The notes under the pieces are model-generated. The model was not told where the DNA came from. It worked only from the letters and a program-made list of their open reading frames with translations, and did no database searches. Source: Bacteroidaceae bacterium (lineage in GTDB: Bacteria; Bacteroidota; Bacteroidia; Bacteroidales; Bacteroidaceae). Taken from it: a DNA stretch of 64,000 nt. A program made the translations under genes and the position numbers. The stretch covers positions 132-64,131 of the forward strand of contig JAZUMZ010000085.1 in assembly GCA_045603885.1 (NCBI GenBank), in the 5' to 3' direction. Of the stretch, positions 41,361 to 50,300 are shown in pieces (the first letter of the stretch is position 1; each line of letters opens with the position of its first letter).

Positions 41361-42695
41361 ATGAACGCAAAACAAGTATTGGATGACCTGAAGCGTCGTT
41401 TCCCTAATGAACCTGAATATCATCAGGCAGTTGAAGAAGTGCTTGGCACTATTGAAGAGGAATACAACAAGCATCCTGAGTTTGACAAAGCAAACCTGAT
41501 TGAGCGTCTTTGCATTCCAGATCGCGTATATCAGTTCCGTGTCAGCTGGATGGACGACAAAGGCAACATCCAAACTAACATGGGTTACCGTGTACAGCAC
41601 AACAATGCCATTGGCCCCTACAAGGGAGGTATTCGTTTCCACAGCTCTGTAAACCTTGGTATATTGAAGTTCCTTGCCTTTGAGCAGACATTCAAGAACT
41701 CACTGACCACACTTCCTATGGGTGGCGGCAAGGGAGGTTCAGACTTCTCTCCCCGCGGCAAGAGCAATGCAGAGGTTATGCGTTTCTGCCAGGCATTCAT
41801 GCTTGAGCTGACCCGCCATATCGGTCCTGACGTGGACGTTCCAGCCGGCGACATCGGTGTAGGTGGTCGTGAGGTAGGCTATATGTTTGGTATGTACAAG
41901 AAGCTGACCCGTGAATTCAGCGGCGTTCTCACAGGAAAAGGCCTTGAGTTCGGTGGCTCACTCATCCGTCCTGAGGCAACCGGTTATGGTAATGTTTACT
42001 TCCTTCAGGAGATGCTGAAGACCAAGGGTGACAGCGTGAAGGGCAAAACCGTTCTGATTTCAGGTAGCGGCAATGTGGCACAGTACACCGCAGAGAAGGT
42101 TCTCCAGCTTGGCGGTAAGGTTGTGACCATGTCAGACTCTGACGGTTACATCTACGATCCCGACGGTATTGACCGCGAGAAGCTTGACTTCATCATGGAT
42201 CTTAAGAACGTTCAGCGTGGCCGTATCCGCGAATATGCAGAGCAATATGGTTGCAAATATGTTCCCGGCGAGCGTCCTTGGGGCGAGAAGGCCGACATCG
42301 CACTTCCTTCAGCCACTCAGAACGAGATTAACGAGGAGCAGGCAAAGACTCTCATAGCCAACGGTGTGATGGCCGTAAGCGAGGGTGCCAACATGCCTTC
42401 TACTCCTGGCGCAATCCGCGTGTTCCAAGAGGCAAAGATTCTGTATGCACCTGGCAAGGCTGCAAATGCCGGCGGTGTGTCAGTGTCAGGTCTTGAGATG
42501 AGCCAGAACTCAGAGCGTCTGTCATGGAGCTCAGAGGAGGTTGACAACAAGCTTCACTACATCATGGAGAATATCCACGAAAACTGCGTGAAGTATGGCA
42601 AAGAGGCTGACGGTTATGTAAACTACGTAAAGGGTGCCAACGTTGCCGGTTTCATCAAGGTTGCCAAAGCAATGATGGCTCAGGGAATTGTATAA
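41361..42695 (+). CDS. gdhA: NAD(P)-specific glutamate dehydrogenase
   Basis: The ATG at 41361 gives MNAKQVLDDLKRRFPNEPEYHQAVEEV, the typical GDH N-terminus. Catalytic block LPMGGGKGGSDFSPRGKS and dinucleotide fold ISGSGNVAQY. The ORF-track GTG at 41268 overlaps the promoter box. Confidence 0.95.
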   Translation: MNAKQVLDDLKRRFPNEPEYHQAVEEVLGTIEEEYNKHPEFDKANLIERLCIPDRVYQFRVSWMDDKGNIQTNMGYRVQHNNAIGPYKGGIRFHSSVNLGILKFLAFEQTFKNSLTTLPMGGGKGGSDFSPRGKSNAEVMRFCQAFMLELTRHIGPDVDVPAGDIGVGGREVGYMFGMYKKLTREFSGVLTGKGLEFGGSLIRPEATGYGNVYFLQEMLKTKGDSVKGKTVLISGSGNVAQYTAEKVLQLGGKVVTMSDSDGYIYDPDGIDREKLDFIMDLKNVQRGRIREYAEQYGCKYVPGERPWGEKADIALPSATQNEINEEQAKTLIANGVMAVSEGANMPSTPGAIRVFQEAKILYAPGKAANAGGVSVSGLEMSQNSERLSWSSEEVDNKLHYIMENIHENCVKYGKEADGYVNYVKGANVAGFIKVAKAMMAQGIV

Positions 42696-42723
42696 GGTTT
42701 TTCAATCCTAACAATGATATTCA

Positions 42724-42759
42724 AAAACGAGTGCTTCGAACTGAGGCACTCGTTTTTTT
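42724..42759. terminator. Bidirectional terminator between convergent gdhA and comF
   Basis: AAAAACGAGTGC ttcgaactgag GCACTCGTTTTTTT. Confidence 0.75.
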
Positions 42760-43549
42760 ATGGCATAACCACCGTTTCTTTATTATCGGGCCTGACATGA
42801 ACCACTACGGTTTTACTGAGGTCTATCTCTCCCGGCAATCCGGTTCGGATCATCTGCCCCGCATAAGCCAAAGAGAAAACCGATATCTTGACATCAATAT
42901 TATCGGAGATTTCAGATGCGAAGGACAACAAGGTGGAGCCTGTCGTAATCACATCATCGACAATAAGCAGATGCTTTCCTTTCAGAAGGTCCGGTCTGAC
43001 CAATTTAAAGATGTCCTTGACATTCTCTTTACGCTGCTCATGTGAGAGGTGGGTCTGAGTGGGGTTATCGACAGTTCTCTTGACGGCATTCCTTATGACA
43101 GGTATTCCTGTCTCCAGGCCTAATCCTGACGCGATAAAATCACACTGATTATAGCCCCTCCTGTGTTCTCTCCACCACGAGAGAGGCAAAGGAACAATCG
43201 CATCCACTCCCTGAAAGAAGTCGGAAGCGGCATTTTCCCTTGCAAACACCCTTGCGAGAAAAGTGGCGATCTCCGGATTGTCAAAATACTTGATTTTATG
43301 GATAATCTGTCTGGTTTTCTCGCCCTCATACATAAACATGGCAGTAGCTCTCACAATCGGTATCTGTCCCCAGAAGAGACGTTCTATAACGCCATGGTTA
43401 TCCTCTCCCTCATACTTAATTCTGTTCAGTTTCCTGACACACCCCACACAGAAATGCTTCTCTGAAGGTGCGAGACGTCTGTCGCACATGCAGCAGAAGC
43501 GTGGCATCAGAAAATTGTATATGTCGGCGACCAGTCTGTTCATTCTCAA
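42758..43549 (-). CDS. comF: ComF family protein (phosphoribosyltransferase-like with N-terminal Cys4 zinc finger)
   Basis: CCMCDRRL...CVGC zinc-ribbon and PRTase motif HLLIVDDVITTGSTL. Confidence 0.85.
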   Translation of the reverse strand: MRMNRLVADIYNFLMPRFCCMCDRRLAPSEKHFCVGCVRKLNRIKYEGEDNHGVIERLFWGQIPIVRATAMFMYEGEKTRQIIHKIKYFDNPEIATFLARVFARENAASDFFQGVDAIVPLPLSWWREHRRGYNQCDFIASGLGLETGIPVIRNAVKRTVDNPTQTHLSHEQRKENVKDIFKLVRPDLLKGKHLLIVDDVITTGSTLLSFASEISDNIDVKISVFSLAYAGQMIRTGLPGEIDLSKTVVVHVRPDNKETVVMP

Positions 43550-43563
43550 TTATCATGCTGCAA

Positions 43564-46542
43564 TCAGGGTTGCGGGAAGAGCACGACTCCCTCCTTCTTC
43601 ATGCCGTCGATTTTGACGACCACAGGGTTGTCGAAGTGCACATGTCGCACATGTTCGGTCTCGTTGACAGCCGGAAGAGAGTCGAGGAAATCCATCCTGT
43701 AGATACCGTCACCGATAAAGTCGTTAACAGTGAAGTATCCCACGCCGAGACTGGTGAGATTCTGGAAGAAGTGGGTACCCTGACTTGGATCGACCCGATA
43801 TTCAGTAAGTCCGGCCTCCACGATAACTTTTGCCGCAGATATCGCAGGCCACTTAACCGGCACTCCGAGCCACGGGTCGGATGACCCCCATCTTCCCGGC
43901 CCCACAAGAACATAATTTCTATCCTCATTAAGGAACTTTCTGTTGATAACCTCTATCTCATCCGCCACTGCCGGATTGTTATATGCCGAATATATTGACT
44001 TCCCCGTCTCCGGGTCTTTAGTCTTGACATACACAATATCATGTATGTTGTTAATAACTCCATGTCCAATGGCATTATGACTTCGGATAACGGTCTTATC
44101 ATCAGGAATCATTGTCAGGTCCTCGTCCAGTTTCATCTTATTATCTACCATCGGTCTAATTTGAAGCAGATAGAAATCTCCCGTCTTGTCGGCGTTAAGT
44201 TTGACAGCAAACTCAATCTCCACCTCACGCCTCATGTCCTCACGTCCATATTTCATGGTCATTGACAGAAGTTGCGGCAACGGGAAGACATCATACTGGA
44301 GGACTCCACAGAAAGTTATGACCTTACGTCCTCCTTCGTATATACCATCTCGAATGACCTGGTCGTAAGGATCGAAAGTTGATGCAATATATTGGAGAGA
44401 ACCGTCTTTATCCGCCTCTTTCACAGGCAGTTTAAGAAGATTAAACCCATCATCCACAGAAAAGTTGTCTGTCATGTTCTTGAGGTCGAGAGCATAGAAC
44501 CGGGTCTGTGTCTCCCTTAGGGCTATATCCATCTCCGATGTCTGCAGCACCTTGTCAGGATGAGCCGGGCACACCCTGAGGTTAAGTCCTCCATCTACAA
44601 TATATTTGCCAAGTCCGAGCGCGAGATTCACCGTTCCCTCTTCCGCTTTCTCGTCTCCAATAGGGTAATAATTCATAGAGCGAGCCACACCTGATATGTT
44701 CGGGTAGAAGCGGTCTCCATATTGTGTTCCCACAACCTCTTGCAGAATAACCGCCATCTTCTCTTTGTCGATCACATTGGATGTAGCCAGCATATAATCC
44801 TTGCTTGCCTTATAGAACACAGAAGCATAAACGCTCTTTATCGCATCGCTCAACATTCTCAGCCGTTGATACTTATCCTCACAATAAGGAATCATATAAG
44901 TGCTATATATGCCAGCAAAAGGCTGATAATGAGCGTCCTCAAGCAACGATGACGAACGGATGGCTATAGGCTGCCGCACCACCTCAAGGAAAGCCTCAAG
45001 GTCGTCGGCAAGTCGCTCAGGAAGTCTGGAACGTAAGAAAAGCCTCAAAACCTCCTCGTCGGAAATCTCGTCACTCAACACTGACTGGTACAGCAGGTTA
45101 CGATCCATAAACTCATCGAAAATATCAGTACACAATACTACCGTCTTAGGAATCATAACCCTGGCGTTATCGAACTCATTGAGGTCGATATGGCGTTTGA
45201 TTATATGGTCAATAAAGGCTATTCCCCTACCCTTTCCTCCAAGCGACCCCTCTCCTATACGCGCGAAGTTAGAGTATTGGTCGAATCTGTCTTTATGGAA
45301 TACCGCCACCACACCTTGGTTCTTCATCTTCCTGTATGACACGATTGCATCGAAAATTATGTGCCTGTGGGCATCGATGTCCTGTAGTGAATGCCATGTG
45401 ACCCTCTTCAAGAAGTTGGCAATCGGAAAGAGCGCACGTGATCCCAGCCATCGAGAGACATTGTTATGTGAGATATGATAAAGAAGTGACTCTCGGGGCA
45501 GAGTGAAGATGTTGTTCTGCAAATCCTTAAGGTTTTTAATTCTCGCAACCTCCTCCATCGTCGCTGGGTCTCGGAACACGAAATCCCCAAAGCCGAAATA
45601 GCGCATGATAAGCCCTTTCAGCTCAACATCCATATTTTTTGAGTTCTTGTCGATAAACGAGGCTTTACACTGACGTGCCAGCTCCACTCCGTTTGACTCT
45701 GACGACTCCATGATAAGCGGCACATATTCGTCGCATTTCCTGATTTCCGACAGCAACTTAAAACCGGCAGTATCGTCTTTCACCCCGTCCTTGGGGAATC
45801 GGCAGTCGCTAATCACTCCCAGCACATTGTCCTTATATTTGTTGTATAGCGTCCATGCCTCCTCATAGTTTCTTGATAGCACGATTTTTGGCCTACCTCT
45901 CATTCTCAGTGTCTCAAGATGGGAGTTCAACGCCTCTGTCGCAAACAGAAGGCTTTGCTGGAGCACAAAATTATATAAACTGGGAAGAATCGACGAGTAG
46001 AACCTGATAGAGTCCTCTACAAGCAATATCATCTGCACACCTGCCTGTATGTCGTGGTCGAGGTTCATCTTGTCCTCAATCAGCTTGATGATAGAGAGGA
46101 GCAGCTCCGTGTTTCCGAGCCAGCAAAAGACATATTCGAATATTGACAGATCCTCGTTCTCCATGCGTTTTGTCAGTCCGTGACTAAACGGAGTAAGAAT
46201 GACAATCGGCACTTTCTCGTTTTTCGACTTGATTTCCCTTGCAATATCGAAGACATCGTTGCTTCCAGTTCCAGGCATACATATAACAAGCTCGAAGGCA
46301 GTCCGCTCAAGCTCCTTCTCCGCTTCCTCAAGCGAGGACACTTGATAGAACCTGGGTGGATAGCGCAGTCCGAGACGTGAATACTCATCAAAAATCTTCT
46401 CGTCCACCCGTCCGTCATCCTCAAGCATAAATGCATCGTAAGGATTAGCTACAATAAGGACGTTGAAGACCCTTCGCTGCATCAAATCCACGAACTTGGT
46501 GTCGGTCAGCACCAATGGCTGCCTGTTGTTGTCTATATTCAT
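43564..46542 (-). CDS. PEP/pyruvate-binding domain protein (PpsA/PPDK N-domain-like) fused to N-terminal receiver-like domains
   Basis: 992 aa. Two CheY-like segments (NVLIVANPYDAFMLEDD; MILLVEDSIRFYSSIL ... VISDCRFPKDG). They are followed by an ATP-grasp PEP/pyruvate-binding-like region (GGKGRGIAFI, AIRSSSLLEDA). Confidence 0.7.
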   Translation of the reverse strand: MNIDNNRQPLVLTDTKFVDLMQRRVFNVLIVANPYDAFMLEDDGRVDEKIFDEYSRLGLRYPPRFYQVSSLEEAEKELERTAFELVICMPGTGSNDVFDIAREIKSKNEKVPIVILTPFSHGLTKRMENEDLSIFEYVFCWLGNTELLLSIIKLIEDKMNLDHDIQAGVQMILLVEDSIRFYSSILPSLYNFVLQQSLLFATEALNSHLETLRMRGRPKIVLSRNYEEAWTLYNKYKDNVLGVISDCRFPKDGVKDDTAGFKLLSEIRKCDEYVPLIMESSESNGVELARQCKASFIDKNSKNMDVELKGLIMRYFGFGDFVFRDPATMEEVARIKNLKDLQNNIFTLPRESLLYHISHNNVSRWLGSRALFPIANFLKRVTWHSLQDIDAHRHIIFDAIVSYRKMKNQGVVAVFHKDRFDQYSNFARIGEGSLGGKGRGIAFIDHIIKRHIDLNEFDNARVMIPKTVVLCTDIFDEFMDRNLLYQSVLSDEISDEEVLRLFLRSRLPERLADDLEAFLEVVRQPIAIRSSSLLEDAHYQPFAGIYSTYMIPYCEDKYQRLRMLSDAIKSVYASVFYKASKDYMLATSNVIDKEKMAVILQEVVGTQYGDRFYPNISGVARSMNYYPIGDEKAEEGTVNLALGLGKYIVDGGLNLRVCPAHPDKVLQTSEMDIALRETQTRFYALDLKNMTDNFSVDDGFNLLKLPVKEADKDGSLQYIASTFDPYDQVIRDGIYEGGRKVITFCGVLQYDVFPLPQLLSMTMKYGREDMRREVEIEFAVKLNADKTGDFYLLQIRPMVDNKMKLDEDLTMIPDDKTVIRSHNAIGHGVINNIHDIVYVKTKDPETGKSIYSAYNNPAVADEIEVINRKFLNEDRNYVLVGPGRWGSSDPWLGVPVKWPAISAAKVIVEAGLTEYRVDPSQGTHFFQNLTSLGVGYFTVNDFIGDGIYRMDFLDSLPAVNETEHVRHVHFDNPVVVKIDGMKKEGVVLFPQP

Positions 46543-46544
46543 AA

Positions 46545-48008
46545 CTATGTCTGTTTCTTATAAATTCTCCATCCTATAGCCGCCACTGCAACGGAGACGA
46601 TCGGGCTCATTATATTGAAGACGCAATAAGGCAGATAAGTGAGTGTTGGTACTCCCAGCACCGCCGCCTGTGTCATTCCGCATGTATTCCACGGTACGAG
46701 AACAGAGGTAACTGTAGCTGCATCCTCACACGTACGGCTAAGGAGACGTGGCTCATATCCCTTGTGCTTATAAGCCTGTTTATACATGTCAGCGGTCAGG
46801 ACTATTGATATAAACTGGTCACCTGTGACAATATTCATAAACAACCCTGTGCTGGCTGTAGCCCCCACAAGCCCGGTTCTTCCACCGATCATTCTCAGTA
46901 TTTGCCTGGTGATACTCTCCACCATCCTGCTTGCCACCATAACACTACCGAAAAGCATGGCTGATATAATCAGCCAGATTGTGTTCAACATCCCCGCCAT
47001 ACCGTTTGTAGAGACGAGGTCGTTTAGCATCTTGTCACCAGTGTCAACTGCCGTTGAGCCAAAAAACGTAGTGGCAAGCCCTTCGATTACAGCCAAAGCC
47101 CCGTCAAAATTATCGCCGGCAATTTCGATGAGTACATCCTGCTGGAACACCAAAGCAGATATGCCTGCCATTATTGCTGAGAGGAAGATAGTTATCAGCG
47201 ACGGTACTTTTTTGGCTATCATTATGCCTGTGACAACCGGCACAATCAGCACCCAGGGAGTAATATGGAATTTTGCCGACAGCCCATCAGCAAATTGGCT
47301 TACATCCACTGCGTCGTGGGCATCGATAGAGAGTCCCGCCACAGTAAAGACGATGAGAGCGATGACGAATGACGGTATAGTGGTGTAAAGCATATACCTT
47401 ATATGCTCAAATATATCCACCCCTACTGATGACGACGCCAGAATGGTTGTATCGCTGAGAGGTGAGAGTTTATCTCCGAAATAAGCTCCGGAGATGATTG
47501 CTCCTGCAGTCCAAGCCACAGACACTCCAAGTACCTGTCCGATTCCGAGTAGCGCCACTCCGATAGTGGCGATTGTGGTCCAGGAGCTACCAGAGAGCAG
47601 TGACACCAACGCGCAGATGACACAAGCACACAAAAGGAAAAACTTTGGCGACAGGATTTGTACACCATAATATATGAGTGTGGGTACGATGCCTCCAATC
47701 ATCCAAGCGGCAGAGAGCATACCTACCACAAGCAGAAGTATAAGAGTCAGCGAAATCTCTCCAAAGGTCTTTTTAATCTGGCTCTCAATTTTCGTCCACG
47801 GCACCTTATATCGCAGCATTGCTATCGTCACACAGATACCTGTAGCGAAGATCAGCGCCACCTGGCTGCCTCCGTTAAGTGAGTCGGTATTGAAAATCAC
47901 CAGGATAACAGCCAACAACCCTATAAGACTAAATATTGGAACCATTGCCACAAGAGGATGCGGCAATGGTTCATGTTGTTTATGTGTGCCTTGTTGTATG
48001 TCGCTCAT
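46545..48008 (-). CDS. nhaC: Na+/H+ antiporter NhaC family protein
   Basis: 487 aa with ~12 TM helices. NhaC-like blocks (GGSQVALIF, SGSSWTTIATIGVALLGIG, SGAYFGDKLSPLSDTT). Its stop is 3 nt from the downstream gene's start, so probably an operon. Confidence 0.85.
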   Translation of the reverse strand: MSDIQQGTHKQHEPLPHPLVAMVPIFSLIGLLAVILVIFNTDSLNGGSQVALIFATGICVTIAMLRYKVPWTKIESQIKKTFGEISLTLILLLVVGMLSAAWMIGGIVPTLIYYGVQILSPKFFLLCACVICALVSLLSGSSWTTIATIGVALLGIGQVLGVSVAWTAGAIISGAYFGDKLSPLSDTTILASSSVGVDIFEHIRYMLYTTIPSFVIALIVFTVAGLSIDAHDAVDVSQFADGLSAKFHITPWVLIVPVVTGIMIAKKVPSLITIFLSAIMAGISALVFQQDVLIEIAGDNFDGALAVIEGLATTFFGSTAVDTGDKMLNDLVSTNGMAGMLNTIWLIISAMLFGSVMVASRMVESITRQILRMIGGRTGLVGATASTGLFMNIVTGDQFISIVLTADMYKQAYKHKGYEPRLLSRTCEDAATVTSVLVPWNTCGMTQAAVLGVPTLTYLPYCVFNIMSPIVSVAVAAIGWRIYKKQT

Positions 48009-48084
48009 GCAAATTGGATTATTTCTGCGAAGTTATACGGCTTCAGATCCGTGATGTTTCCTCTAAAACCATCCCATTACCTTT

Positions 48085-48168
48085 TCATCTACATACGCTT
48101 ACCGCCTCCTTTGCTTTTTGTATTTCTAAAGCAACAAGTGTATCTCTCTCTTCGTTGGTCAAACTCAT
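48085..48168 (-). pseudogene. Truncated HEPN-domain gene (only the first 27 codons remain)
   Basis: Its ATG overlaps the MNT stop (ATGA). MSLTNEERDTLVALEIQKAKEAVSVCR* resembles the N-terminus of HEPN partners of MNT nucleotidyltransferases, which are normally ~120-135 aa. Confidence 0.5.
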
Positions 48169-48479
48169 AGTAATACTATTTTATCGTGTTCAACATTTTT
48201 GTAATAAGGCAAAAATGACCATTGACGCCATTGGTGTTTAGTATAAATATGTGGATTTATTTCCTCGCCGATTTCCCACCCCATTTGTCTGAGAGGATAT
48301 GTAAGGTCGTAGTCTTCTGCTGTGAGTTTATTTTTGTCAAGCAAAATCAGCAAATCCCAGTCGGAATTCTTACGAGCGTCACCACGAGCCCTTGAACCAT
48401 AAAGTAACAAAGTGCTATCAGGTGGCAATGTAGTTCTTCCTACAGATTTAATTTTTTCAATAATTTCTTGTTGTCGCAT
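48165..48479 (-). CDS. Nucleotidyltransferase (MNT-type, HEPN/MNT toxin-antitoxin family)
   Basis: LLLYGSRARGDARKNSDWDLLILL matches the GSxxRGxxxxxSDxD minimal nucleotidyltransferase motif. 104 aa. Confidence 0.8.
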   Translation of the reverse strand: MRQQEIIEKIKSVGRTTLPPDSTLLLYGSRARGDARKNSDWDLLILLDKNKLTAEDYDLTYPLRQMGWEIGEEINPHIYTKHQWRQWSFLPYYKNVEHDKIVLL

Positions 48480-48581
48480 CTTCTTATCCTGTTAGTATAT
48501 TATGTAGCAATCGTAAATCATCACTATTATTTCTGCGAAGTTACGAATTTACGGAAACATATCAAAAAAATATGTGAAAAT

Positions 48582-48612
48582 TTTGTTGGTTACAAAAAAA
48601 CTTGTAAATTTG
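48582..48612 (+). promoter_or_regulatory. Bacteroidota promoter of island-B operon (-33 TTTG 48582-48585, -7 TAAATTTG 48605-48612)
   Basis: Same architecture and position as the 33424-33455 promoter within the duplicated element. Confidence 0.6.
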
Positions 48613-48618
48613 CAATCG

Positions 48619-48985
48619 ACTCAGTTAGCCCAATCAGGGTGAGTGGGTTATCTTATTGGTAAAGGACGTTTACGAACGTTATCTTCAACCCTTGAATCTC
48701 GCAAATTCTAAGTAGCAGAAGAAACGCAACCGGAACGTCTGCGTTGGGTGTATTATACCCAGTCCGCAATACACATTATAACATTGTATCTTACATTTAA
48801 TGTGTCAACGGGACTCTCTATGTATAATATCCGCCGGCGTGGGCTGACTCGAGTTGCTTATCCTGCTACAAGGCAATGCGAGAGCCCAAGGGTTGGATAA
48901 GCGAGAAGTAGAGACTCCCACGTCTTTTTCATTCCTTATGTCTAATCGCTGAACCGGGGTGCGCAGCAGTAAAACTCTTATAGCT
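48619..48985 (+). ncRNA. Candidate structured ~365-nt 5' leader RNA, copy B
   Basis: See copy A. The hairpin arms are conserved. Most differences from copy A fall in predicted loops, for example the loop of the (A)CACAUU/AAUGUG(U) stem, which is 17 nt in A and 21 nt of unrelated sequence in B. Confidence 0.45.
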
Positions 48986-49267
48986 ATGAAAAAGATTATA
49001 GTTTTATTGTTGTCTGTATTTATCGTAATAATTCCCATCTTCGGACAGAATCCGTTGGAAAATGCCGTGGTTTCCTATCAGACGGAAGGGCTACAGTTGA
49101 TGATAAAAATTGGTGGCATGCGACTTTCACTTGTAAGAAATGTGGACATCAATCCATATGGAAGTTTAAAGAAAATTAATCTAAATTTAAAGGTTCGTCA
49201 TCAGACTTTTCTTTTAGGGGTTAAATCCCTTAAGAATTGTCTGATGAAGAACTGTTTTGACTATTAA
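48986..49267 (+). CDS. Small secreted protein, unknown function
   Basis: The ATG at 48986 gives MKKIIVLLLSVFIVIIPIFG|Q. 93 aa. First gene after leader copy B. Confidence 0.55.
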   Translation: MKKIIVLLLSVFIVIIPIFGQNPLENAVVSYQTEGLQLMIKIGGMRLSLVRNVDINPYGSLKKINLNLKVRHQTFLLGVKSLKNCLMKNCFDY

Positions 49268-49279
49268 AAGACATGACCA

Positions 49280-49777
49280 ATGAAAAGATTAATATTGTTA
49301 TACTTGTTCAGCATTACCTATATAATTGGAATCCAAGCTCAGGACTCTCGATATGTAGGCACCTGGAAGTGGCATTATGACTCCCCCTATGAGGATGGAG
49401 AAGAAGGAATGCCTCCTCGGGATGAATATATAAAAATAAATATAGAAGATGGAAGTGTATGGATTAGTATTAAAATGGAAGGGAAAGATGGTAATGGGCA
49501 TCCTTTTGTAAGTCGAGAAGAAGCAGAAGATATAAGAGTGAATAGTGATGGTTCCATCTCTTTTAGACGATATATTTGTAAAAAAGAATATGACAACGAT
49601 AAGCAACTTTATCTGACTGTTTGGGACTCTTATACTGTCCGTTATGCTGGAGGGAGACTTATTTCAAATGAAGAAGTCAATGAAGAATCATATTCAGCAA
49701 ATGGAATTTTAGTCAAATCAGAATACCACAAAATGCCTCGGAAGAAAACATATTATAACGAAAAAGATAATTGGTAA
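49280..49777 (+). CDS. Small secreted protein, acidic-Trp C-terminus family, member 1 (lipocalin-like GxW start)
   Basis: Signal peptide ...GIQAQ|D. The mature N-terminus has YVGTWKW, the central block is EYIKINIEDGSVWISIKME, and the C-terminus is YYNEKDNW. Confidence 0.7.
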   Translation: MKRLILLYLFSITYIIGIQAQDSRYVGTWKWHYDSPYEDGEEGMPPRDEYIKINIEDGSVWISIKMEGKDGNGHPFVSREEAEDIRVNSDGSISFRRYICKKEYDNDKQLYLTVWDSYTVRYAGGRLISNEEVNEESYSANGILVKSEYHKMPRKKTYYNEKDNW

Positions 49778-49796
49778 TCAATTATAGAAAATAATA

Positions 49797-50282
49797 ATGA
49801 AGAAACTACTATTATTGCTAATGTTTGCTTTTGAATCTTGTAATCTCTTAGCACAGGATTGTAATTTGTGTGGTACTTGGATAGGAGTGTTTAGAGTATT
49901 TCTAGACGGTGACAACACAACTAAGAGGCTTTATATAGACATTAAAAAAACATATAGGGACAAATATGTTGTTAGGGTTAAAGAAGTATATACATATAAT
50001 GACCAAAGCTCTAAAACATATTATTGGCATGAATGCATGGACGTAAACGCAAATAAAAACGTCATTACGTGGAAAAGTTTCAGTCATCAAATTGATGATA
50101 ATGAGGATGGTGGCTACGAGAAATACTATTATGTATGCACGGCAAGAGTAGATAATGGAATATTGTACTTTAAACAAATGGTTGAAGGTTTTTATTATGG
50201 AAGAAATGGAGAAATAATAGGCGAATATAACCAACCGGCATATCCAACGAAAGAATTATATAAAGACGAAGATAACTGGTAA
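49797..50282 (+). CDS. Small secreted protein, acidic-Trp C-terminus family, member 2
   Basis: Signal peptide ...LLAQ|D. Blocks are CGTWIGVF, then LYIDIKK...KYVVRVKE, then the C-terminus LYKDEDNW. Confidence 0.7.
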   Translation: MKKLLLLLMFAFESCNLLAQDCNLCGTWIGVFRVFLDGDNTTKRLYIDIKKTYRDKYVVRVKEVYTYNDQSSKTYYWHECMDVNANKNVITWKSFSHQIDDNEDGGYEKYYYVCTARVDNGILYFKQMVEGFYYGRNGEIIGEYNQPAYPTKELYKDEDNW

Positions 50283-50300
50283 CAAATATTTTTTGAGTTT

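Noticed and set aside
48805-49038. ORFs overlapping leader copy B: 48805-49038(-) and 48468-48662(+).
   Set aside because: There are no equivalent ORFs of 60 aa or more in leader copy A despite the high nucleotide identity. The sequence conservation pattern fits RNA/DNA elements, not these frames.
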